From Bacilli bacterium (lineage in GTDB: Bacteria > Bacillota_I > Bacilli_A > ML615J-28 > CAG-698): a stretch of DNA of 64,000 nt. The position numbers and the translations under genes are program-made. Every line of letters starts with the position of its first letter. Position 1 is the stretch's first letter. Under the pieces are notes generated by a model. The model was not told the origin of the DNA. It did no database searches and saw only the letters and a list, made by a program, of their open reading frames with translations. Below, in pieces: positions 56,528-64,000 of the stretch. The stretch is from positions 1,534 to 65,533 of the forward strand of contig JAFSVH010000101.1 of NCBI GenBank assembly GCA_017450215.1. The letters run 5' to 3'.

Positions 56528-58843
56528 TTATTTTTCATTAGGATTAATCATAGTAAGTTCTAATCTATTCTTAGCTCTATTAACACTTACTACCCATACT
56601 TTTACTATTTGGCCAACACTTACAACATCTAATGGATGTCTAATGTAACCTTTTTTAATCTTAGAAATATGAACTAAACCATCTTCATGAACACCACAAT
56701 CAACGAATACACCAAAGTCAACTACATTTCTTACTGTTCCTTGAAGTTCCATTCCAGGAAGTAAGTCAGCTAAACTGATAGCATCACTCTTTAAAATTGG
56801 TTTATCAAATTCATCACGTGGGTCTCTTAATGGTGCAACAAAAGCATCTAAGATATCATTGAATGTATATTCACCAACATCTAAGCCTTTAATCAATTCT
56901 TTTCTATTTACAGAACCAATTACTTCTTTAATCTTATCACTACCAATATCATCCTTAGTTAAGCCTAATTTTGCAAGAATTTCTTCAGCAATCTTATAGC
57001 TTTCTGGGTGAATTGCAGTCATATCTAATTTTTCATCACCTTCTGGTATTCTTAAAAAACCAATTGCTTGTTCTAATACCTTATCACTGATTCCTTTAAT
57101 TTCTAAATCTTTTCTTGTCTTATATTCACCATGTTCATCACGATAAGCAACAATCTTCTTAGCATGAGCTGTTGATAAACCAGCAACTCTTTGAAGTAAA
57201 TAAACAGATGCACTATTTACATTTACACCAACACTGTTAACTGCTTCTTCAACAACGTTATCTAATGATTTAGATAATTCCTTTTGATTTACATCATATT
57301 GATATTGTCCAACACCAATTGATTTTGGATCTATCTTTACAAGTTCAGATAGTGGGTCTTGTAAACGCCTTGCGATAGAAACAGCACTACGTTCTTCAAT
57401 TGAGAAATCAGGGAATTCTTCTCTTGCAATATCACTACCACTGTAAACTGAAGCACCAGCTTCATTTACAATAATATATTCAACTTTCTTCTTTAAAGCA
57501 TTAAGAGTAGGAGCTAATTTCTTTAATGTATTAGCAACAAAGCTTTCAGTTTCACGGCTTGCTGTACCATTACCCATAGCAACAATACTACAATCATATT
57601 TTAGTAACATCTCAGTAAATACATGTTCAGCTTCTGCATAACGCTCAGGTGGAACAACTTCACTAGGATTCTTTTGATGAGGATACATAACACCCTTAGC
57701 TAAGAATTTACCAGTTTCATCAACAACTGCAAGCTTACATCCAGTTCTAAATGCTGGGTCAACACCTAATACTACTTTACCTTTCATTGGAGGAGTAAGT
57801 AAATATTTCTTCAAGTTTTCACTGAATACATGAATAGCTTGATTTTCACCTTTTTCCTTAAGTTCAGCTCTAACTTCACGTTCAATTGAAGGCTTAATCA
57901 ATCTTCTATAAGCATCAACTAAAGCTTCATTAACATATTTAGCAGTAGCACTATCTTTATTAGCACCAATTACTCTCTTACCTAAAAAATCAAAAACAGT
58001 GATTTCATCTTCTTTAATATAAACTTTTAAAATCTTTTCAGCTTCTCCTCTATCAAGAGCTAAAATTCTATGTTCTTTAATGTCCTTGATAGGTTCTTCA
58101 TAATTATAATACATTTCATAAGTATGAAGTGTATCAGAATCAATATCTTTAACACTTGATGCAATATTTGCTGTTCTAACATAGAAGCTTCTTAACCATT
58201 TTCTATATCTAGGCTCATCACTAATTCCTTCAGCAATAATATCTTCAGCACCTTGTAAAGCATCCTTAACGTTCTTTACATAAGTACCTTCTTTTTCCAT
58301 ATTAGCAATGATTTCTTTCTTCTTTTCTTCATCTGCTTCTTCAACATTAGTAACATATTTACTTGCTTCATTGATAACATCATCATCAGTAATACCTTTA
58401 GGGAAAGAAAGTAAATATTCAGCAAGAGGTTCTAATCCTTTCTTCTTAGCATCAGTTGCTCTTGTTTTCTTCTTTTCCTTGAATGGACGATAGATGTCTT
58501 CAAGTTCGCTTAACTTATTTGAAGCGATAATACTGTTTCTTAATTCATCAGTTAATTTACCCTTTTCTTCAATAAGTCTCATTATATCTTCTTTTCGAGT
58601 TGCTAATTTTTGGCCATATTCCCATTCATCATAAACAGCTCTAATTTGTTCTTCATTTAATCCACCAGTAACTTCTTTACGATAACGTGCAATAAAAGGT
58701 ACTGTAGCACCATTCTCAATCAAATCAAGAGTGGCTTTAATTTGATAGATTTTAATATTTTGAGATACTTCAATTTGCTTTAATAATTGATCATTAATAT
58801 AATTGTTCTCTGCCATATTTCCTCCTAAATAATCATAACGCAT
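56528..58843 (-). CDS. tex: Tex-like transcription accessory protein (YqgF/HhH/S1 domains)
   Basis: ~770 aa. C-terminal S1 domain GMELQGTVRNVVDFGVFVDCGVHEDGLVHISKI. Confidence 0.9.
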   Translation of the reverse strand: MRYDYLGGNMAENNYINDQLLKQIEVSQNIKIYQIKATLDLIENGATVPFIARYRKEVTGGLNEEQIRAVYDEWEYGQKLATRKEDIMRLIEEKGKLTDELRNSIIASNKLSELEDIYRPFKEKKKTRATDAKKKGLEPLAEYLLSFPKGITDDDVINEASKYVTNVEEADEEKKKEIIANMEKEGTYVKNVKDALQGAEDIIAEGISDEPRYRKWLRSFYVRTANIASSVKDIDSDTLHTYEMYYNYEEPIKDIKEHRILALDRGEAEKILKVYIKEDEITVFDFLGKRVIGANKDSATAKYVNEALVDAYRRLIKPSIEREVRAELKEKGENQAIHVFSENLKKYLLTPPMKGKVVLGVDPAFRTGCKLAVVDETGKFLAKGVMYPHQKNPSEVVPPERYAEAEHVFTEMLLKYDCSIVAMGNGTASRETESFVANTLKKLAPTLNALKKKVEYIIVNEAGASVYSGSDIAREEFPDFSIEERSAVSIARRLQDPLSELVKIDPKSIGVGQYQYDVNQKELSKSLDNVVEEAVNSVGVNVNSASVYLLQRVAGLSTAHAKKIVAYRDEHGEYKTRKDLEIKGISDKVLEQAIGFLRIPEGDEKLDMTAIHPESYKIAEEILAKLGLTKDDIGSDKIKEVIGSVNRKELIKGLDVGEYTFNDILDAFVAPLRDPRDEFDKPILKSDAISLADLLPGMELQGTVRNVVDFGVFVDCGVHEDGLVHISKIKKGYIRHPLDVVSVGQIVKVWVVSVNRAKNRLELTMINPNEK

Positions 58844-58952
58844 ACTTTAACGATTATAACATATACACCCCTTTATTTCAACAAGAAAAATAATGAAAAC
58901 GACAAAACATAAACCACATTTTTTATTCAAAAATTTCACTATTTTCTATAAT

Positions 58953-59003
58953 AAAAAAAGCTAGTTTGACTTCTTTTCGAGTTTAAAAACACTAGCTTTT
59001 TTT
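58953..59003. terminator. bidirectional hairpin with flanking A and T runs
   Basis: AAAGCTAGT...ACTAGCTTT arms (25-nt loop), flanked by AAAAAAA and TTTTTTT. Confidence 0.4.
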
Positions 59004-59020
59004 ATATCATTTTTAAAATT

Positions 59021-61084
59021 TTATACTTCTAAATCGCCTTTTCTTATCCATTTTAATTTTCTAAATAATAAATCTAATAAGAATACTAAAACAGCAGGAG
59101 CTATTATTTCTAAGCCTACAATAGATAAGATCATATTCAAATTATTTCCTTCCATTGCATTAATTGTACCAATTATTCCAACTATACCACTAGTTCCCAT
59201 TCCTGCAGCAACACCAACACATTGTGTCTTTAATACACAAGTTGCAATTGGTCCAAGGATAGCACTAGCAATAATTGTAGGTAGCCAGATAACTGGACGC
59301 TTTAAAATATTTTTAAATTGTAGCATACTAGTTCCAATACCAATAGAAATAACAGTTCCAACCTTATTATCTCTAGCAGATTGAACAGCAAAGCCAATCA
59401 TTTGAACACAGCAACCAACAACTGCAGCACCACCAGCAAGTGGAGCTTCCAAAAGAACTGTTGCTGCAATAGCAGCAGATGAAATTGGAGCAGTTAATGC
59501 CATACCCATAATTACTGCTATGATTATACCCATGATAAATGGATGTAAGTTCGTAGCTTGTTCAATTACTTTTCCAATACCTGTTGTAACATAAATTATT
59601 AATGGACTTGTAAGTAGAGCAAATGCACCAGCAATTAAAGATGCAAATAATGGAACGATAATAATATCAATTGGTGTCTTTTTCTTAAGAACTAATTTCA
59701 TTAATAAAGCAGCAACAATAACAGTTAAATAAATTGTTAATGGATCACCAATTTTAACTCCAAAGCTTGCAAAATTAAAGAACTCTAAAGCATTACCACA
59801 CATAAAGCTTGCAATAAAACCAGCAAGGCCTAATGAAATAAGCTTCAAATCTCTAAATCCCATACTATAAGCAATACCAATACCAATTCCTGCACCAGTT
59901 GCAAGTTTTAATGCACTTGCAAGAGTAGTAAAGAAAGATGTGAAGCCTTCACCAAGTGGTATTTTTGCAATAGTATCTAAAATTGTACCAATGATTAAAG
60001 TAGCAAACAAACCAAATGCCATTCCATTCATTGTTTTGATGAAGAAGTTCAAAACTGTTTTTGATTTTTTAGTTTCTTCAGTATTTGTATTAGCAATATT
60101 ATTTTCTACTAAAACTTCCTTGATAACTTCAACAGGTACTTCCTTTATAACCTCAACAGGTACTTCTTTTTCTACAATCTTTTCAACTGGAACTTCCACT
60201 TTCTTTTCAACAACAATCTCTTTGATTATTTCAACTGGAACTTCTACTTTCTTTTCAACAACAACTTCCTTTGTAAATTCAACCGGAACTTCTTTAACAA
60301 CCTCTTTGATTACTTCAACAGGTATTTCTACCTTTTTCTCAATTATCTTTTCAACCGGAACTTCCTTGACTATCTCTTTGATAACTTCAACTGGAACTTC
60401 TTTTATAACCTCAACAGGCACCTCTTTTTCAACAATCTTTTCTACAGGTACTTCTACCTTTTTCTCAATTATCTTTTCAACTGGAACTTCCTTAACTACC
60501 TCTTTGATAACTTCAACTGGAACTTCCTTGACTATCTCTTTGATAACTTCAACTGGAACTTCTTTTATAACCTCAACAGGTACCTCTTTGATAATTTCTT
60601 TAACTTCAGTTTTAGTAGTTTTTGGTTTAGAAGTCTTAGTAGTTGTCTTTGTTTTAGACTTCTTAATACTATCTAAAGCTTTCTTTTCAGTAGTACCTTT
60701 CTTTGTTTTACTTGTTTTAGTAGTCTTCGATGCTTTTGCTTCTGAATTATCATTAGCTTCTAGTGCATCTAATTTAGCTTGAGCAGCTTTTCTTCTTTCT
60801 TCAATTTCTTTTTGTCTAGCTGCTCTTTCATCAGTTCCTGAATCTTTTTCATATTCATCTAAAAATTGAGCTTCTGCTTTCTTGCTTTCTTCCATTGCTT
60901 TTGCAAGTTTAAGCTTTAATTGTTCATTCTTGTCTAATTTATCTTCCTCTTCGTCCTCAGATAATCTCTTAGATGCATTAACAACATTCTGCATCCTAGT
61001 CTTCATATCGACTTCTTTACTTGCTTCCTCTTTATTTTTATCTTTAAGGGTCTTTTTCTTCAATAAATCATCAAAATTAGCCAT
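59021..61084 (-). CDS. membrane protein: charged N-terminal region, (EVPVEVIK)n repeat tract, C-terminal ~330-aa polytopic (permease/PTS-EIIC-like?) domain
   Basis: ORF. Repeat tract residues ~160-330. C-terminal hydrophobic domain with G-rich segments GAGIGIGIAYSMGF and AAGMGTSGIVG. Family not assignable by eye. Confidence 0.5.
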   Translation of the reverse strand: MANFDDLLKKKTLKDKNKEEASKEVDMKTRMQNVVNASKRLSEDEEEDKLDKNEQLKLKLAKAMEESKKAEAQFLDEYEKDSGTDERAARQKEIEERRKAAQAKLDALEANDNSEAKASKTTKTSKTKKGTTEKKALDSIKKSKTKTTTKTSKPKTTKTEVKEIIKEVPVEVIKEVPVEVIKEIVKEVPVEVIKEVVKEVPVEKIIEKKVEVPVEKIVEKEVPVEVIKEVPVEVIKEIVKEVPVEKIIEKKVEIPVEVIKEVVKEVPVEFTKEVVVEKKVEVPVEIIKEIVVEKKVEVPVEKIVEKEVPVEVIKEVPVEVIKEVLVENNIANTNTEETKKSKTVLNFFIKTMNGMAFGLFATLIIGTILDTIAKIPLGEGFTSFFTTLASALKLATGAGIGIGIAYSMGFRDLKLISLGLAGFIASFMCGNALEFFNFASFGVKIGDPLTIYLTVIVAALLMKLVLKKKTPIDIIIVPLFASLIAGAFALLTSPLIIYVTTGIGKVIEQATNLHPFIMGIIIAVIMGMALTAPISSAAIAATVLLEAPLAGGAAVVGCCVQMIGFAVQSARDNKVGTVISIGIGTSMLQFKNILKRPVIWLPTIIASAILGPIATCVLKTQCVGVAAGMGTSGIVGIIGTINAMEGNNLNMILSIVGLEIIAPAVLVFLLDLLFRKLKWIRKGDLEV
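60090..60610. repeat. in-gene near-perfect DNA tandem repeats (24-bp periodicity nested in ~120-bp units)
   Basis: For example 60325-60395 is nearly identical to 60445-60515. Units cttcaactggaacttc... recur throughout. Confidence 0.8.
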
Positions 61085-61085
61085 T

Positions 61086-61553
61086 TTACACCTCTAAATT
61101 ATCTAAGATACAATTTAAAATTTCTTCAGTTATCATCTTTCTAACTTGATTCCTCTTTCCATCAACACTTGAATATTTAGTGATTATTTTACCATTAATC
61201 ATAATAGCATACCAAGCACAGCCACCATCTCTATCATCTAACTCTGCCCATCCACTAACACAAGCACAAACATTGGCTTTAGTGATTTTAAAAAGTCCCT
61301 CAACCATTTCAATAACAACTTCTTTACTCACAACACCATATTTATCAATTGTATCTTTATTAACATTTAATATTTTATTTTTTGCTTCATTACTATAAGT
61401 AACATAGCTTTCCTTCAATACATTACTAGATCCACTTACATTAACAATAGTGCTAGCAAGCATACCACCAGTGATACTCTCACCAAAGCTAATAGTTAAT
61501 CCTAAGTCTCTTAATTTATTTACTACTTTCTCTTCAATATTCATCATTCTCAC
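61086..61553 (-). CDS. CinA C-terminal domain protein (nicotinamide-nucleotide amidohydrolase PncC-like)
   Basis: LTISFGESITGGMLASTIVNVSGSS. Confidence 0.85.
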   Translation of the reverse strand: MRMMNIEEKVVNKLRDLGLTISFGESITGGMLASTIVNVSGSSNVLKESYVTYSNEAKNKILNVNKDTIDKYGVVSKEVVIEMVEGLFKITKANVCACVSGWAELDDRDGGCAWYAIMINGKIITKYSSVDGKRNQVRKMITEEILNCILDNLEV

Positions 61554-61554
61554 A

Positions 61555-62664
61555 CTATTTAGTTACATTAAATCTAAATACAGTAATATCACCATCTTGG
61601 AATACATAATCTTTTCCAACTAAATCAAGTTTTCCAGCTTCTCTAGCTTTTGCAAATGATTTATATGTTAAAAAGTCATCGTATTTCACAACTTCTGCTT
61701 TGATAAATCCTTTTTCAAAGTCAGTGTGAATCACACCAGCACATTGAGGAGCAGTCATACCTTTCTTAAAAGTCCAAGCACGACATTCTTTTTCTCCCTC
61801 AGTAAAGAATGTTTGAAGTCCTAAAATTGAATATGCTTTTTTAATTAAATCATCTAAACCAGATTCACTAAGACCATATTCTTCAAGCATCATTTCTTTT
61901 TCATCTTCTTCTAAGCCAGATAAATCTTCTTCCATTTTAGCACTTATTACAACATATAAAGAATTATGATCATTTGCATATTTTATAGCATCATTAACAT
62001 ATTTATTATAATTCTTGCTTACAATATCATCTTCACCAACATTTAAAACATAAATCATCGGTTTTAGAGTAAGAAGGGAAAAACCTTTAACCATTTCTGC
62101 TTCTTTCTTCGTAAGTTCAACATCTCTAGCCATCTTACCATTAAGTAAAGCTTCTTTTAGTTTAATTAATGCACCATATTCTAAAACACTATCTTCATCA
62201 GTTTTAAATTGTGCTTTCTTTTCTACTCTTGGAATTCTCTTTTCAATTACATCTAAATCAGCAAAAGCAAGCTCCATATTGATTGTTTCCATGTCATCAA
62301 CAGGATCAATAGTTCCATTAACATGAATAATGTTTTTATTCTCAAAACATCTAACAACATGACAAATTGCATCTACTTCTCTAATATGAGATAAGAATTG
62401 ATTACCCAAGCCTTCACCCTTACTTGCACCCTTTACAAGTCCTGCAATATCAGTAAAAGAAAATGTAGTATAAACAACATTTCTAGGATTTACAATCTTC
62501 ACAATCTCATCAAGTCTTTTATCCTTCACTTCAACAACACCAACATTAGGTTCGATTGTGGCAAAAGGATAATTAGCACTCAAAACATTAGATTTAGTAA
62601 TTGCATTAAATAAAGTACTCTTACCTACATTTGGTAAACCTACTATTCCAGCTGTTAATCCCAT
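61555..62664 (-). CDS. ychF: redox-regulated ribosome-binding ATPase YchF
   Basis: GIVGLPNVGKSTLFNAIT, plus TGS-like C-terminus. ATG 62664 with AAAGGAGA is preferred over the track start. Confidence 0.9.
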   Translation of the reverse strand: MGLTAGIVGLPNVGKSTLFNAITKSNVLSANYPFATIEPNVGVVEVKDKRLDEIVKIVNPRNVVYTTFSFTDIAGLVKGASKGEGLGNQFLSHIREVDAICHVVRCFENKNIIHVNGTIDPVDDMETINMELAFADLDVIEKRIPRVEKKAQFKTDEDSVLEYGALIKLKEALLNGKMARDVELTKKEAEMVKGFSLLTLKPMIYVLNVGEDDIVSKNYNKYVNDAIKYANDHNSLYVVISAKMEEDLSGLEEDEKEMMLEEYGLSESGLDDLIKKAYSILGLQTFFTEGEKECRAWTFKKGMTAPQCAGVIHTDFEKGFIKAEVVKYDDFLTYKSFAKAREAGKLDLVGKDYVFQDGDITVFRFNVTK

Positions 62665-62842
62665 AATCTTATCTCCTTTTATATTATCAATATTAGATTT
62701 TATCACAATATCTCTTAAAACACAAATTAAAAAAGTAATGTGTAGTTATAAGTATAATTAAATACAATATAATAAAAAAACAATCTCCAAATATATTATT
62801 TGGAGATATAACAAAACTACTTAATCTTTTATTTAGTTCTTT

Positions 62843-63055
62843 TTAGAATATTTTTTTTGAATCATATCCAAAATCATTAAGTTTTATTTCTATATTAAGT
62901 TCTTTTTCATCTAGCATTAGCCCACTACTCATTTTATTAGCTAGATTAATATACTTATCATCAAACAATCTACTTCTGCTACCATTGTATGTATTAAAAA
63001 TTATTAATTCATTACCATTTTTTAAAATCTTTGTAAACTTTGACAATTTCAGCAT
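62843..63055 (-). CDS. small hypothetical protein (70 aa), weak PqqD/RRE-like pattern
   Basis: ORF immediately downstream of the ABC exporter gene. LIIFNTYNGSRSRLFDDKYINLANKM loosely resembles the PqqD pattern L.n..tg....LN..a..iW. Confidence 0.3.
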   Translation of the reverse strand: MLKLSKFTKILKNGNELIIFNTYNGSRSRLFDDKYINLANKMSSGLMLDEKELNIEIKLNDFGYDSKKIF

Positions 63056-63064
63056 TTAATTCAC

Positions 63065-64000
63065 CTATAAATATAAATTCTTTTGTGTTTCGAACATTTC
63101 ATAATAAATAGATTTATTACTCATTAAATCTTTATGATTACCAGTTTCATGAATAATACCATTATCAAGCACTATAATTAAATCTGAATTTTGAGTTGTC
63201 GCTAATCTATGTGAAACAGAAACTAAAATCTTTCCTTCTGCTTTCTTCATCAATAATTCATATATTAATGCTTCCGATTTAGCATCAACATAACTAAATG
63301 CTTCATCAACAATGAGCATACTTTTAATTCTATTTAATGCCCTAACAATAGCTATTTTTTGCATTTCACCACCAGAAAGGAGAGTGCCATCTTTATCAAA
63401 TTCTTTAGACACAACTGTATCAGCTTTATAATCTAAACTCTCAATTTTGTCATATAAATTTACTTCTTTTAATCTTTTTATTACTTCTTCTTCATCATAA
63501 TCATTATTAAAAACTATATTCTCAAGTACTGTTATAGGATAAATATTAAAATCTTGGAAAACAACACCTAATAAGTGCCTATATTCTTTTAAGTTTAGTT
63601 CTTTTATATTAATTCCATTAATATAAATGTCCCCCTCGTAATCTTGATATAAACCTGATAGAAGCTTAATGATTGTTGTTTTACCTGCACCATTCTCACC
63701 AACAATTGATACTCTCATTCCTTTTTTTATCTTAAAATTGATATTTTGAATCGCATAAACATTAGACTTTGGATATTTAAACCTAACATCCTTAAATTCT
63801 ATTGAATTGATCGCATTAATACTAAGCTTATCATCAATATTATCATTTTCATAAGAAAGGAAAGTATTCGTATCTTTTATATACATCCTTATTTCTTTAG
63901 TTTTTGGTAATATGCTTATCAACGAAAGTAATGCCGCACTTAATTGCTGTGAAGCATTAATTAAGGATGCAATATCACCAACTCCGACTTTATCATAAAA
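63065..64000 (-). CDS. ABC transporter permease/ATPase fusion, C-terminal ABC domain (gene continues beyond window end)
   Basis: GENGAGKTT, LSGGEMQKIAIVRAL, LIVDEAFSYVD. The frame is open upstream to position 64000. Confidence 0.8.
   Translation of the reverse strand, partial: FYDKVGVGDIASLINASQQLSAALLSLISILPKTKEIRMYIKDTNTFLSYENDNIDDKLSINAINSIEFKDVRFKYPKSNVYAIQNINFKIKKGMRVSIVGENGAGKTTIIKLLSGLYQDYEGDIYINGINIKELNLKEYRHLLGVVFQDFNIYPITVLENIVFNNDYDEEEVIKRLKEVNLYDKIESLDYKADTVVSKEFDKDGTLLSGGEMQKIAIVRALNRIKSMLIVDEAFSYVDAKSEALIYELLMKKAEGKILVSVSHRLATTQNSDLIIVLDNGIIHETGNHKDLMSNKSIYYEMFETQKNLYL

Noticed and set aside
59940-60782. 280-aa plus-strand ORF (STGTSFITSTGTS repeats)
   Set aside because: It is the antisense reading of the tandem-repeat tract inside the minus-strand gene 59021-61084. 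It has a low-complexity periodic sequence and no independent signals.

Overview
This is a strongly AT-rich chromosomal segment with the gene order of a low-GC Gram-positive (Bacillota-like) anaerobe. I infer the anaerobic lifestyle from class III RNR, flavodoxins, several radical SAM genes and a ferredoxin-type TrxR candidate. Gene order ylmE(yggS)-sepF-yggT-ileS supports the Bacillota placement. Nearly all genes are on the minus strand. The standard genetic code fits: an in-frame TGA closes the frame upstream of infC. Housekeeping genes are ileS, argS, gltX, metK, the infC-rpmI-rplT operon with an AUU/AUA start and a likely L20 leader, deoD-deoC, coaD, acpP, ychF, tex, a DEAD-box helicase, an M24 aminopeptidase, an M16 peptidase pair, a CDF transporter and tRNA-Gly(GCC).

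Accessory and unusual content:
(1) A tightly packed six-gene minus-strand operon at 267-7387. It encodes a cyclophilin-like lipoprotein, a SPASM-domain protein that lacks the radical SAM Cys triad and is fused to a SipW-type S26 peptidase domain, a radical SAM enzyme with a CX4CX2C motif, an HPrK-like P-loop kinase, an ABC exporter without a C39 domain, and a 505-aa nucleotidyltransferase-fold protein. This looks like a peptide or protein modification (RiPP-like) system whose substrate gene I could not find.
(2) nrdD carries a C-terminal glutaredoxin/NrdH-like CPNC domain. It is followed by a thioredoxin-reductase-like flavoprotein that lacks the NADPH-binding motifs. Convergent to them, nrdG is co-transcribed with a CYTH-fRMsr (GAF) fusion.
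(3) A TetR / iron-sulfur-flavoprotein / flavodoxin / AKR operon.
(4) MarR with a heterodimeric ABC exporter and a palindromic operator.
(5) A RelBE toxin-antitoxin pair.
(6) A tRNA-Gly locus with 51-bp tandem repeats and inverted tRNA 3'-end fragments, next to an orphan SSB.
(7) A candidate ~240-nt sRNA or leader upstream of argS, with its own promoter and terminator.
(8) A membrane protein with an (EVPVEVIK)n repeat tract built on near-perfect DNA tandem repeats.

No rRNA, CRISPR array, integrase or transposase was seen.
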